DNA of 64,000 bases from Rotaria socialis (taxonomy: Eukaryota). A program made the position numbers and the translations under genes. The DNA lies in assembly GCA_905331295.1 (NCBI GenBank), contig CAJNYD010000062.1:124001-188000 (forward strand). The letters run 5' to 3'. This document shows, piece by piece, positions 1-13,000 of this stretch. The stretch's first letter is position 1, and every line of letters starts with the position of its first letter. Below the pieces are notes generated by a model. That model worked only from the letters and a program-made list of their open reading frames with translations. It did no database searches and had not been told where the DNA came from.

Positions 1-135
1 GATTGGAATTGGAGCTACTGCTATAACTTGATGGCCAGCTATTAAGAGACAAGTAGTAATACTAGAGCCCATGAGTCCTATACCAACTACACCTACTATT
101 ATTTGTGTAGGAAAGATACTCTCTTCGTTTGTCAT
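1..135 (-). CDS. 5' end of 3-hydroxyacyl-CoA (3-hydroxybutyryl-CoA) dehydrogenase family protein; runs off the window edge
   Basis: Manual translation from ATG at 135: MTNEESIFPTQIIVGVVGIGLMGSSITTCLLIAGHQVIAVAPIPI, with the Rossmann GxGxxG motif. The 'GLMGxSITTCLLxAGHxVxAVAPIP' pattern recalls bacterial (Bacteroidetes-like) enzymes. Not in the ORF track. Confidence 0.75.
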   Translation of the reverse strand, partial: MTNEESIFPTQIIVGVVGIGLMGSSITTCLLIAGHQVIAVAPIPI

Positions 136-1121
136 GACTGTCTGTATGTTATTTTTCAAAAAGATTTTATTTCGTGTGCGACTTTTGCAACAACTTAGAT
201 TAGATCAAAAGCGAATATGATACTTTCAAATGTATAACATACTTAGATTATTTCATAATATGTAAAGGAAAGAATGTTTACAGTGGTTATTCAATGGTTA
301 TCAAGTTTGATAAAAAAGAAAGAAAACAGAAAGAAGAAAGAAGAAAAGAAAGACCGCATTTGTGTCTATTTGTTACTATAAATAATAAGATAAGACTCCA
401 GTAAAGATATGCAACATTTGCAACTATTGTTTGACCTTCTTTAAAATCAAATGTGATGATATGCTACTATTTTTAATTCAGATATTAGTAGATAGTGTCT
501 CAAAGAAATTTATCGATAATGTAATTCTCTGTTGTTTTTCTATTATTTCATTTTACCCTTAAATTAGGATCCACTCAGCTTTTTAGTGGACCAGAAAGAC
601 TTCTACTTCGTTGAGCAATAAAATAGTTACTGTTATTTAAGGAGTTATCTATTGCACATTTTATATTATAAAATTGCTCAAACAAATACATGCCGAAAAG
701 AAACTCTTAACTATAACATGTGATTTAAACGATTGACAAAGAACTGTTTATGCTTAAAAAATTGTTTTAGCTGGTTGAAATTTACGTTTGAAAATGTGTC
801 GACTCAGACAGTGAAATCTTTCTAGTAGACATTAATTCCTATAACTTTAGTCTTTATAAAATATGATTTTTCTTAAAAATAACGAATAAAAAACATATTA
901 GTCTGCATATTATGCATTGCAAAATGGAGAGCACTCTGATAAGCACACTCAAAGCTAATTGCTATCAATCAATTAGAGACGATGTGATGAAAAAGAATAT
1001 CTTTTAATATAAACTAGATGAATAGTTAAATAATGGAAAGACAATCTATTCACTAAATGATACAGAGCCTTCACAGTAATCATTGAATAAAATTAGAGAC
1101 TTAATCTCCTTAAAAAAAGCA

Positions 1122-3722
1122 TTAGAGAATATTACAGGAGACTGGTTCCTCTTTTGATTTTGATTGATTGACAATTTTCTTCAGACCACTCAACAGCCGA
1201 GCATATTCATTGAGATGAAAACGATCATTGCCAATATGATTTCTTAATCGACCATATTCTTGATCAATACGTACTGGTGAATCGATAATTAATTTTCCAT
1301 ACGTAATCAGTTGTGATCCATCAACAAAATCCAATGTATTTAATAAAGAATCCGATAATTTATTTTGTTGAAACCAATATTTTATTTCTTCACGTGTCCA
1401 CTCATCAAAGAATTTATTTGGCGTAATAGTTAAGATATTGTTTAACGAACGAACAGATGCAAATGATGATATTAAATTAGAAAATTGTTCTCGACTTATA
1501 CCATTATGACGCATTCGATGTTCATATTCGTCGTATTGTGCATCGTCATATGATAATAAGTTCATATATGCGATTAAAGCTCGACCAGATGATAATTGAA
1601 GAGTAGATGGTGGTAAATGAAGCCATTGTTGTATTTCTTCACAAGTCCATTGTTCAATTGAAGAAGTAGGAGTAGCGTTCGATACAGTTGTTTCTGACTG
1701 TGATTGTATATCGGGAATTTCTATAATTGGTCTAGAAGATGCAGACGATATCGTTTCTACAGTTTGTGTATTTATCATGTTAATTGTATTGGTTTCTGAT
1801 TTAATATTCAAATGTGATTTATTCGATGATGTAAATTTTTCATCATTCTTTTTACTTTTATCTAGTACATTAATCAATCCTAGAAGAATTTCCATCACTT
1901 CTTCATCATTTTTCTTATCTCCAAAACGAACCCATGTTGCAGAACCAACACGAATTTCAAACCAATCATCTGCTTTGTAATCTTTTCCTTGATAAATAGG
2001 TATCATACGTTTGTTTCTTTTGTCAGCATGAATAACTTCTCTTCGACAACTTTTTGAACTACAATAATTTTCAGTAACAATCATTAGAATAACATCACAT
2101 TGAGTTATTGCTTTAGCAATTTCTTCCCAATCATCTTCATACTGTGGAGATAGTTTATTAAAATCAACCCAAATATCACCTTGAAAACGTTCTTGCATTT
2201 TTGTAACAAGTTTTTTACAAAATGTAGTATCTTTATGTGCATAAGAAATCATGACTTTTACCTTACTATTATCTTCATCATTATGATTATCTTCGATCGA
2301 TTGCATATCTGTGTGTGTACTACCAAGATTAAAAAGAATTCCTTTAGCTGCTCGTCGCATGACTACAGCATGTTCATCCATTGATTGAGTTTTTGCTCTT
2401 TGTTCAATTGAAGACACAAATTTAGCATTGAATTTTAATTTCACACTGTATTCAGGTAGAAAACTAATTGACCAAAATATTGTATACAGGGATGCACAAA
2501 TAATTGTATTAAGTGCTGTTAACTCATATATAGTATCAAATAAGAGAAATTTTTCAGTAAATAATTCATAAATGTGTTCATATGAAATAGTATAAATAAG
2601 AAAAGTATCATTAACAACAAATTTAGCAAGTCCATCTAAATATTCACAAACATTATATGCACCAGAAGTAAGATCAATAGAATCAAATGCTTTTACTGTT
2701 TGTTCAAGAATATAATCAAGAACTTTTCGAATACTGGAAATACTTTCTTTTTTTAATTCCTTTGGTTCCAACAAGGCTGAATAAACAAGATAATAAGCCA
2801 TCAGAATATCTTGATCATTTTCGTCATAATCAGTAATTGATATTACAGATATATAATTTTCTCTCCACTCCTTGAGAGTATCGATCATTTTTAATTTATT
2901 AAGAGCTTCCACGCCCATCCAATGTCGAACTAGATTATGCAATAATGTTACAACTAACGACCATAATTCAAGAGAAATATCTTTAAATTCAATTTTTTCA
3001 AGTGACATCCATTGTGAAATAGCATATGGATAACCAGTATTAACTAAATAAGGAACAAATCCGTAGACATTTGCCATATTAATAAGCCATTTGAAAATCG
3101 ATATATAACTTTGATATTTTTGATGATTATTGAAAAAATAATTGTTTAAATATGTTATCAACGCTTTTAATAGTCGTTCGGTTGAATTATTCAATTGAAA
3201 AAATGTTGGAATATTTTTATGTGAAGCATAAATTGAATAGGAAATCTTTGTCTTAACATAAATCGATCGCGAACAAATAGAAGAGAATAAATGAAGAAAT
3301 TCTTCGTCTAAATTTGATAGAATATTCTTCGTATCAATAAGATAATCAATTGTTGAGTCAGCAATTAAATATGTAAGTGATAAATTAAAATAATAATCGG
3401 TTAACGCCGGATAGACTATTAGATTATTATATATTTTAAGACGAACTATATCGAATATAACTGTTACGAGAGTAGACGGAATTACAGAAGAATATAATTT
3501 GATAAAATGACAAAAAGAGTTTATTTCAAAATAGTCAAGAATAGGAATAAGGCTCTCGATTTCATCCTTTTTGTTAAGGTCATATTCGTCATCGATCTGT
3601 TTTAATTGATTGCGAAGATTGATTAACGGTTGAGACGAAGTTTCATTAAGTATATCACCACAGAATAGAAGATTTTCTATCTGATGAATTGAATCAATTA
3701 TTTTCTCGTTTATACAAGTCAT
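1122..3722 (-). CDS. Intronless ARM-like/TIR/SAM-SAM protein, 866 aa, with C-terminal CaaX (CNIL)
   Basis: TIR_2-type domain VMISYAHKD...IWVD...AITQCDVILMIVTENYCSSKSCRREVIHA...RMIPI. Upstream helical region ends in RRAAKGILFNL. Two SAM-like segments begin IEQWTCEEIQQWL and FDEWTREEIKYWF. Confidence 0.9.
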   Translation of the reverse strand: MTCINEKIIDSIHQIENLLFCGDILNETSSQPLINLRNQLKQIDDEYDLNKKDEIESLIPILDYFEINSFCHFIKLYSSVIPSTLVTVIFDIVRLKIYNNLIVYPALTDYYFNLSLTYLIADSTIDYLIDTKNILSNLDEEFLHLFSSICSRSIYVKTKISYSIYASHKNIPTFFQLNNSTERLLKALITYLNNYFFNNHQKYQSYISIFKWLINMANVYGFVPYLVNTGYPYAISQWMSLEKIEFKDISLELWSLVVTLLHNLVRHWMGVEALNKLKMIDTLKEWRENYISVISITDYDENDQDILMAYYLVYSALLEPKELKKESISSIRKVLDYILEQTVKAFDSIDLTSGAYNVCEYLDGLAKFVVNDTFLIYTISYEHIYELFTEKFLLFDTIYELTALNTIICASLYTIFWSISFLPEYSVKLKFNAKFVSSIEQRAKTQSMDEHAVVMRRAAKGILFNLGSTHTDMQSIEDNHNDEDNSKVKVMISYAHKDTTFCKKLVTKMQERFQGDIWVDFNKLSPQYEDDWEEIAKAITQCDVILMIVTENYCSSKSCRREVIHADKRNKRMIPIYQGKDYKADDWFEIRVGSATWVRFGDKKNDEEVMEILLGLINVLDKSKKNDEKFTSSNKSHLNIKSETNTINMINTQTVETISSASSRPIIEIPDIQSQSETTVSNATPTSSIEQWTCEEIQQWLHLPPSTLQLSSGRALIAYMNLLSYDDAQYDEYEHRMRHNGISREQFSNLISSFASVRSLNNILTITPNKFFDEWTREEIKYWFQQNKLSDSLLNTLDFVDGSQLITYGKLIIDSPVRIDQEYGRLRNHIGNDRFHLNEYARLLSGLKKIVNQSKSKEEPVSCNIL

Positions 3723-6700
3723 ATATTACTCCTTGGGTAGAAATAAAACATAGTCAAGTATGGATTTTTCATCGTTGCGCAGACCTCGTTTTTTTCTTTC
3801 TATAAAAAATAAAAATGTATTTTATTTCAACCACAGCAAAAACAAAATTATAGAATATTTTATGCAGCGTCTAAAGTTATCGTCTCGATTTTTGATTCAA
3901 AGAAAATATATTATGAAACAAACATCGTTATGCGAAAACGTATACAGAGCGATAAATAATACCTAAGCAACCGATTCAGAACACATACAGCTATATTGAT
4001 AACAGAAAAAAAAATAATATTTGACCTTATCCTCTGTGAGAATATTGACTTTAGATTTTCTCCTTAATGCTTTATTTCACTTTTAATTAATCGTAATAAT
4101 CTACTGAAAAACGATTCAAAAATAACCATCCGTTTTAGGAGATTATTTCTTTGATTTTCAAGATTTGTGGATAGACGTCTTATTTTAGTAAAAAGTCAAT
4201 CATATAGAAGTATTTTTCACGTTTAGCAACGAACTTATTTAGATGTATATTTATTCTTTGTGTTTCATATAAGAATATTTGGGATTATCAAAAGCATCAG
4301 CCTCATATTTGAAATCAAATCATATCTTTGAAATACGTTTGATTTAAACATTCCGACCATATAATGAAAATACATCCGACTAAATTTTCAGAAATAAGTC
4401 TAACAAAAAATTTATTTGACTAGTTTAAATTTCGATTGATAAGCCTTATTTAAAAAAAACGAAAATATCGATTGTTAAACTAAAGTAATCCATATCTTGT
4501 TCGATTCTTTATTTCATGCAAGTACTAAATATCTAACATTAAACATAGATACGTGCTCTTCAATTCAAATTCTAATAAGAATTGCCGTCAAATCAAATTC
4601 AGATTCTTTTTTTGTCAGATATACAATCGCTTTTAATTGAAAGCTAACTTGATTGATATCGTATTTTTCTAAAAGTTAGAAGCTGGACTCTAAGAAAAGA
4701 ATAAATACCCTAGAAAAAATAATTCAAATTCATTTGATTCGATAGATTCATTGGAAATAAAATCAGCAGTAACAGAACAAAATCCCTACTAAAAATATAA
4801 TAAACTTGTCCTAGGTGAAATATTCTCGGCTTTTTTATTTATTATTCTTAGTAAAATCTGTTCTTTCTTTTTCTTTTTTCTTTGAATATTTCTTTTTCAA
4901 ACTTATGTACAATTCATTTCGATTTTGTCCCTGTTTTTTTTTTTTTATAAAATAATCGTTCTTTTCATAAAATCTATGTTACAAATATCTGACACTTACT
5001 AGAACGAAAAGAACTGTTTTTTTTCTTCGATACAAATCATATTTTTTAAGCAGTAAAAATCACTAATAACTATACTTAACTAGTTTCATTTTGTTTTGAA
5101 AGAAATCTATGTATTATTCTACTTTTAATGAAAATATTAGAAAAAATTCTAGACAATGCTTGACTACGCAATCATGATAAAACATTCAAAACGCAAATGA
5201 ACACATTTGCATCAGTTATAAATTTTGATCATACCCATACGCAATATTTTATCAAATGTAACCAAGTTCAAAACATATTCTGACCAACTTATTTATCTGA
5301 TAACGAAGAATATTCTAAACTAGTGCATATAAGCGTTGGTAGCAATGAGTTTCCGATGCTCAAATTCCTGAGCTTATGACATACAATTCGTTAATGATTT
5401 CTAAATACTTCAACTATATTTTAGTAATTCTCTGTGAAGGAGCAAATATATGATGAGACTGGTAAATGTCTAAAAAAAGACCTTGTAGAAATCAAAAGCA
5501 AATTAAATGTTCCCATACTGCTCAACTACCACTGTAACTGTACATTAAGTAAATTCAGCGAAGTAAAAGGTTGATATGATAGGATTAACCGAATTCTTTA
5601 ATATACATTTGAGAGCGATTCTTTTAAAAGATTGAGTATAATATTGAAGTCGCCAAATCTTTCGTCATCACTGAAGTAATATTAAAAATGTTTTCGGCCA
5701 GCTGAAAGAATTGGACAACGCATAAAAGCAATAGATTTGACACACGACTTTACTATACACACATGATCTTTCAATGGAACGTAAATTGGTTTGCATAGCT
5801 TAGTTTGTGTTAGCTGCTAAAATATTGAAAACTGTTTAATGATATGATATTTACTCTTCATTAATGCAATAATAAGTAAACTTCATCAAGGTTATATCTT
5901 TGATTCTTTAATGTGATAGATTAGAGAATTTCAAAAAAAAATAAAGATAGTTACGTTCCTAGACGAATATGATATTTTTAAGTTTATCATCACACTTGTT
6001 TCTAAATTTACTATTATCATTGATACAAAACAATACCATACATATATGCTCACTTAACTAATATTTAAGAACGTTAATGAATTGAGAAACTTAAGACTCC
6101 TATGCATTTTTTTTAACTGTTCATTGTTATAATACTCATACAAACTGATATAAACAGTCAAATTTGCTTTCTTCGTATTGATTAATATTGGAAATTGTTA
6201 GAAAAATGAATGATTACTTTTACAAACTACCACGAAAAGTATTTTAACATTTTCATTGTCTTATAGAGAAATTAGATAATTGCCCGTTAAATTATTGCTT
6301 TTACCAAATGAATTTTTATTCTAATGCGTATAATATATTCTTTGTCTATTATATGTACATATCTGTTGAATGGGCACCATTATCATCAATTGAACTTTAC
6401 AATTTTTATAATACTAATTGATACGGTATAATCTCCATTCTTAGCGCTATTATTATCACTATGATCATGTATTTAAAAAATATTTCTTTGGGATAGTTAT
6501 ATTTTCCCATTTAGCTAAGACAAATGAATTGTTCATAGTGTTTTTGCTTTAGACGTGTCCCTATAATAAAAGAAATATCATAATTAAACTTCTAGTTATA
6601 TATAGATTCTTTTATATTTGCTTCATTATTTAGCAACGATGTAAATTTTTATGTTCTCAACATCAATTGTATATAATTACTATGAAAAAAAGAGCAGCAT

Positions 6701-7794
6701 AAATATTGAATTTTCATCACAAAAAAATACTTGCAATAATCAAAAATTGTTCGCCCTAATTACTATTGATACAATATCATAGATTAATAGTTCCATTTAT
6801 ATGTGTATATATATATATATAATTACATTCGAATGAAGCTGAAGTGCATTGGAGTATAAATGAGTAGCCCATACAAAACAAGATGCTAGAATAAGGGAAT
6901 GATATGACCAACGTCAATGACACCTGGCATAGATAAAAATAGTTTCCGAAATTAACTAAACTCCAAATGTGTAGCATAGTAAAGATATTTACTTGGCAAA
7001 AAGCAGACTTTTTTGTTCGCAATGTATATGCCTAGATCTTTATTCAGTAGTGAGGTGCAACATTTGAGAATTTGTTTTTGCTTGAGCTAGTTGATTTTGG
7101 TGAATGATAAAAGCGTAATGTTTATGTTTCATTGATGAAGAAAAATCATAGACTTCGATTGAAATGATTAGCATATTCATTTAAGATAGTAGTGGAATAT
7201 ATTCATGTGATCTGATTTCTATAAGTAATCATGTAATAAAGTCATGACATGGATCTTCAACGTTTACTAGCCACACAACAGCTAGAGTACCAGTTAATAT
7301 CAGTAGTTCAATGAATTTTTTATGGTTTATTTCCTTTGATGGGGACACACATTTAAAAAAACCTATCATAAGTTGATCAATTAGCGATTCTCTCATAGAC
7401 AACGTTGCACTTTATCACAGTTAATAAATGAAAAGAATGAGTATGGGAAACGACATTATGTCTCAGTCACTTTTTGTTTTCGTACAATGTCTATAACGGA
7501 TAGATGCCAAAACGAAAAGGAACTATAAATCAGAAAAAAACAGCTGAGGCAATTTCTCAGGCGATCATTTAACATAGATTGATAAACAATCATTTCTTAA
7601 AGGTTATAATCCTAACTGGCTTGTTTTTAAAGCGGCCTATCAATATTTAGAAGCTATTCTATTTATTTCAATTTGTTATCGCAAACTACACAAAATATAA
7701 GTCCATTTAACAAAAGAATAGGAGACAGATAACGAATAACAGGTAAATAAACTTGATATAGAATCGTCTAATAGTACATATTGTGAATAATAGA

Positions 7795-8476
7795 ATGACA
7801 GAAGAACAGAAACAACCTGAGCCGGTCACGGTAAGAATGATTGAATAAAAATCTGTTAAATTAATTATTGTTAAATTCTCTAAATAATACTATTCTACCT
7901 TAGACGTTGTCTTTTCATGTTGCTGAAACAGAACCTAACCGATCAAGTGCTGGCATTGTTGTTGAAACCTTACCAGGTCGTCTTGAATTACGTACTAATA
8001 ATCCATGGGAAGAAATATGTGGCCACACACGAGCTGTTCGACGTGGACCGTTTGTCATTGTAGCTGGTACGACAGCTAGTGATATCACTGTCACAGGAGG
8101 GGTTCTTCATGTAAACTTAATTACAGTGATTCATAAAAATATGGATATGATATTTTTTAGCCTGAAAGTACATATCATCAAACAGTTATCATCTTTGAAC
8201 GCATTACTAATGCATTATTAAGAATGGGAGCTCAAATCACAGATATTGTTCGCGTGCGAATGTTTGTGTTCGTATTCGGCATATGCACTTCAATAAATTA
8301 AACTTGTTTTTTCTTTCTGTAGTATTAATATTGCTGATCAAGCTGATGTTTGCCGGGCATTCAAAGAAACTTTTCATTCTTATGGTATTCGAGTACCTGC
8401 AACACTTGTTCAAGTCAATGCTTTTGTTCATCCTGACATGCGAATCGAGATTGAAGCTGATGCTATTGTTGTGTAA
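7795..8476 (+). CDS. RidA/YjgF/YER057c/UK114 family protein (YjgH-like), 4 exons
   Basis: Spliced translation: MTEEQKQPEPVT|TLSFHVAE...NNPWEEICGHTRAVRRGPFVIVAGTTAS...VLH|PESTYHQTVIIFERITNALLRMGAQITDIVRVRMFV|INIADQADVCRAF...IRVPATLVQVNAFVHPDMRIEIEADAIVV*. Three short GT-AG introns; typical C-terminal IEIEA. Confidence 0.88.
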
Positions 8477-9279
8477 CTGCGTACTTTAATGTTATTGTCT
8501 TTACTATTTCAATAAATTCACAAGAAATAATTACAATATATTTAATATCTATTTGCTCGTGCGCTATGAAAAACAAGGCTTTTAAACAATTCATATTTGC
8601 CTAAAGAGATTATTACTATTCACTTGGTTGTATAATATTTCGTTTTTTTCATTGATAACTATTATAAGAATAATGAAAACATGGAATGACATTGGCCAAT
8701 GGCCAATTTTGCAAAAGAAAGTAGTAGAAACTTTTCTTTTTGTTATATTTGGATTATTATCTTTCGTTAGAATCAACTCATAGATTTATCGTACTGTACG
8801 TTGTTGAGGTATTTTGTTATAGTTCAGAATGATTTAATAGTAACGTGAAGAAGAAATATATTATAGTTTCTTTGTAAACTAGGCTGATATTGCCAAGTGA
8901 GAAAATCATCTTTTAATTATATGCTACCGAACTTGATGTAATTTATTTACAAACTACATTTTTTCATATGTGACAGAATCTAGTTTTCAAAATGGCGAAT
9001 AATTTAAATTAATTTTGTTCTGATATTTATTTTATTTAGGCATTTTCTTCTAATTTTCTTTTTTTTCATATAAATGCGTAGATATGAAAGAGAAAGCAAA
9101 GTTTTTCGCAGTTAATATTGCAAAAATAACTACTCTAATGGAATGAGATTCACTTTGAGAACTATGCGTTTGGAATTGACGCATGGAAATATGTTAGATT
9201 CCAAAAACTTGGTAAGATTACACAAGTACAAGTCTCCATAATGATATATGTCAAAGCATCAAAAAAGATTAGCTACTAA

Positions 9280-10095
9280 TCATGATGTACAAGTTGATAA
9301 TAGAATTTCCTTGCCATTCTCACTATTTTCATTAATCTTGTCAGCAGCCGTTGGCGATTTTCGCCAATACAAGAGTGTCCATGTAAAAAGAGCAATAAAA
9401 GACGGTAATAAATGGCCTACATAGAACCAAAATTCGTTTTCATTGAGTGAAGTGAAAAGAGATGGTATAGAAGTAGCGAATACATAAATGGCGTCAATTA
9501 AAAGGCAAACATTCGTAATGATTAATAGTGGCTTAATGAAGCGACGACGAACATTAATTACATTGAAATGCCAAAAAACAAAGAAGAGTAAAACATATAA
9601 TATAATAATGCCAACTGAGATTTGACGTAAGTGAAAACTAAGTTGAAGACGTTCAAAAATAAATGAAAATTTTTTTGCAATGCCGAATAAGACACCAGCT
9701 CCAATCAAACCTATAGGTACAATAATAGCTGCAACTATATCGATTGGACGACTTTTCATTTTGCCGCGCATTTCTACTAAACATTGAAAATTAGACGCCA
9801 GCAAAAGTTGAGAACTTGTACTTATGAGTGATGCCGTAACTTTATACAATGGTTTTGTGTTTCTCTCCTCAATTGTCAGTGTTGAACGTAGGATGAGTTC
9901 AATGAAAGTGAGGAGATGAGAAAAAAATATTAAAATAGCTATTACACCTACTACGCATGACCGACAATGAAATAATAGCGATTGAATAAACCAAAAAACC
10001 AGCGAAAGATAAACCAGTACAGAAAAGAATACAGCGCCATAAACTGAAGGAATATATGAGAAATATGGATAAATACCAATAGTGACGTTCATCAT
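9280..10095 (-). CDS. RTA1-like multi-pass membrane protein (fungal RTA1/Rsb1 family-like), intronless
   Basis: About 7 hydrophobic segments. N-terminal YFSYIPSVYGAVFF and C-terminal NEFWFYVGHLLPSFIAL resemble the RTA1 'Y.Y.PS..AA..F' and 'E..FY.FD..P' motifs. Confidence 0.65.
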   Translation of the reverse strand: MMNVTIGIYPYFSYIPSVYGAVFFSVLVYLSLVFWFIQSLLFHCRSCVVGVIAILIFFSHLLTFIELILRSTLTIEERNTKPLYKVTASLISTSSQLLLASNFQCLVEMRGKMKSRPIDIVAAIIVPIGLIGAGVLFGIAKKFSFIFERLQLSFHLRQISVGIIILYVLLFFVFWHFNVINVRRRFIKPLLIITNVCLLIDAIYVFATSIPSLFTSLNENEFWFYVGHLLPSFIALFTWTLLYWRKSPTAADKINENSENGKEILLSTCTS

Positions 10096-13000
10096 AAAAT
10101 TGTGTTTATTTGATGGAAAAATCTACTCCAATAATAAGACTTCATTAATTGCTGTTATGTTTAAGACACAACTATCGAAATCTATTAACCTCCATAGGTA
10201 TATAGCAGTAAATTGATCATAACATGTTCGTTCTGTTATAGACACGTACAAAGTTTGGTTCCTATTGAATATGTTTTGCGTTCTTCCAGATCTTACACGT
10301 TGTGTCCTTGTATCCTAGATACTTTATGAAATTCTGGCTACACCAGTACCTTAAAAGAATGGTAACAGCGTGCGTAAATTATTTTTTGTTCTTCTATACT
10401 GTAATTTTTATTGCACATTATACGACTGGTAGAAGTCGCCAACTTCAGCGTATTTGTTTTTCTCATTTTTTTTTCTTGAAGAGAGCAACGTCAAAATAAT
10501 AGCTAATCACAAGCATCTACTCGTACGACACAGAAAATGAAGGAAAGAAAGAAAAGAAAAAAGAACATGTGAATGAAAGAGGATACCTTTGCATAACATG
10601 CTGATTCAATGATAGACAGTTCTACTAATGTTTAGAGTATTTAAAATATTTATATAAACTAAAACTATGTTGTATGAATTTGCCAAAAATTTAACATTTT
10701 GCTTGAATCATCGAGTCTAAATAATATTTCCAAACTACGTAAATTATTGAAGATATCTTTCCCACCTCAAAGCAGTGTCTTGTTGAGAATGTATCAAAAA
10801 GAATTTTTAACTACTTTAACACAGTTCTGTACAAATGATCATTAGTTACGAAACTGACTTAAATTTATATTTGAGTGTTGGGTTGATTCATTTGTTGAGA
10901 TATGTTTTAAAGATGGTATTTTTAAAACTTGACAATATCCGTGGCGTTATGCTGAAAATAGTTTCAGCGTATTTTTGGCATGAACTTCGAACCTCTACTA
11001 AGATTGGTACACAGTTTATCAATGCCTTGATTATTCTCGACGAAAAACATGGTTGTTTTAGTTTGGTTATATACTCGACATAATTCTAATCATTTTTCAT
11101 AATCTAGAAAACAATTCATATCGAGTATGATGATGAAAGTATGAGTATCGAAGCTATCGTATGTTTTATAGACAACTGTATATATAAATTAGTATAGCTG
11201 ATAAATATTTATCTACAAGAAAAGTAGTTTACTGACAGAAATAAAAAAATTTGGGTCGAAGAAAAGTATTAATTCAATGATGAGAGTTTTCTAATTTCAA
11301 TCTGCTAATCATTATTTCAAGAGCAGCACTATGATCTCATACGATTATAGACAAGCTAAAGTTGAGAAAACTGTAATTGGCCTATACTTTTCATCAAAAT
11401 ATCGTATTTAAAATAAAAAGCAAGTCCATAATGATATTTGTTATTAGCAGACAATGCCATGCACTGTATTTTTTATATAGACGAAAGACTAACTGAACTA
11501 GAAATATTTATACTGTATTCAATGAATGTTTTCTTGTTATGCACTTATCAAAATATAATATTTCAAACCTGTGGACTTCACGAGTCTAATTCACAAGTAT
11601 GACTTTCGCAGCAGACATATCTACAGATAAATTGTGCTGGAGCCATTTTGAAAGGATAATATGTGATAGTGTTTAGATTTTGAGACGTACAAAAATGAAA
11701 ATGATGCTTGTGTGTATAACGTTTCTGTTTGAAACTCTGACATTGCGTACAGCATAATTGAGGCAGACTGTTATCTATTAAACTTTTTTCCGTGAGAGAA
11801 AGTGCATATTTGAAATCCCCGCCACCCGCCACCCAGCACCTACTCATCATCTTCAACACTTGTTCAGCATGCTTTGGTACCTTAAGCAACTACGTATTAA
11901 CATGAGCGCCTTCACTGCTTTCGGCACATCATCAGCAGTTTGCAGTAAAATTTAATAACTATATAGACACAATCATTTTAAAAGTTGATCAAGATTGTTA
12001 CTAGTGTACAATAAATAAGAGTTCGAACATTTTGAAGCGACTAAGAAAAGTTTTCTAATTATTAAAATAGTTAAAATATTTCTTTTTCTTGTAGGTTTTT
12101 TGATAGCTTTTGAAGTTTTTGGTAATTTATTTTTTTTATTTTTGAATTCTTGTTAGTATCTTATTTTTTCTTGTTGATTTATCTATGCATATGATAGTCA
12201 AATGTTTCTTGAATACTGACTTTTATCACTTACTGCTCTCAAATATATCATATTTTACACAGAACATTTTTTATTAATTTACTCATACAAACTTCATCAT
12301 AGTTACGAGACTTAATTATCAATTTGTCTTGTGATAAGATGAAAAACGTCAATATTTGTCAATCGTGTAGATACTGAAGAGCAGAGTAAATATTAGTTCG
12401 CTTGATTAATGGTGTTTTTTTACCTGGTTACATGTAAATTCATTTCGTTGAGTTGTTTATTAGGATGAGTACAAAGAAGGAAAATAGGAAAGTATCGGTA
12501 TTTTTCAAATGACTAAATTCATATTCTCTTGAGTTGCAGATAATCATTGTGAATAGACTAACTACTAGTGAACTTACGATAAATACTTTCAATTTGTTAG
12601 ACTTAATATTGTACACTCATTATGTTACAACAGTCGAACAATGAATGGCAATTCAATAAAATATATGTAGGCATACTGAGACAATGGCCAAGAGATATGA
12701 ACGAACGAAGTTATTCTTACTTAAATAGACGACTATTTTGTTTATAGCTAATATCTTTTATACTTTCATGTATTGCTTTAAACGAAGTGTTACAAGTAAA
12801 AAAGATGACTTCAATAAAAAACCAATGGTCTCTTCGTTATCTATTAACATTTGCAATAGTGAATTTCATCACTATTATTCAAAATGACAACATGACTCAT
12901 ACTACAATAATCTAAATGAAAATTAGAATACTGTATGACACTCTCACCTACTAAGATCGTAATAGTTTTTTTCTTCTGATGAATACATTTGTTTGTTGTA

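Noticed and set aside
5100..6400. Coding-like stretches on the minus strand
   Set aside because: Many stops and no recognisable motif; possibly decayed TE, cannot be assigned.
10835..11960. Short ORFs (82 and 103 aa) and a slightly GC-richer patch
   Set aside because: No recognisable domain or splice structure.
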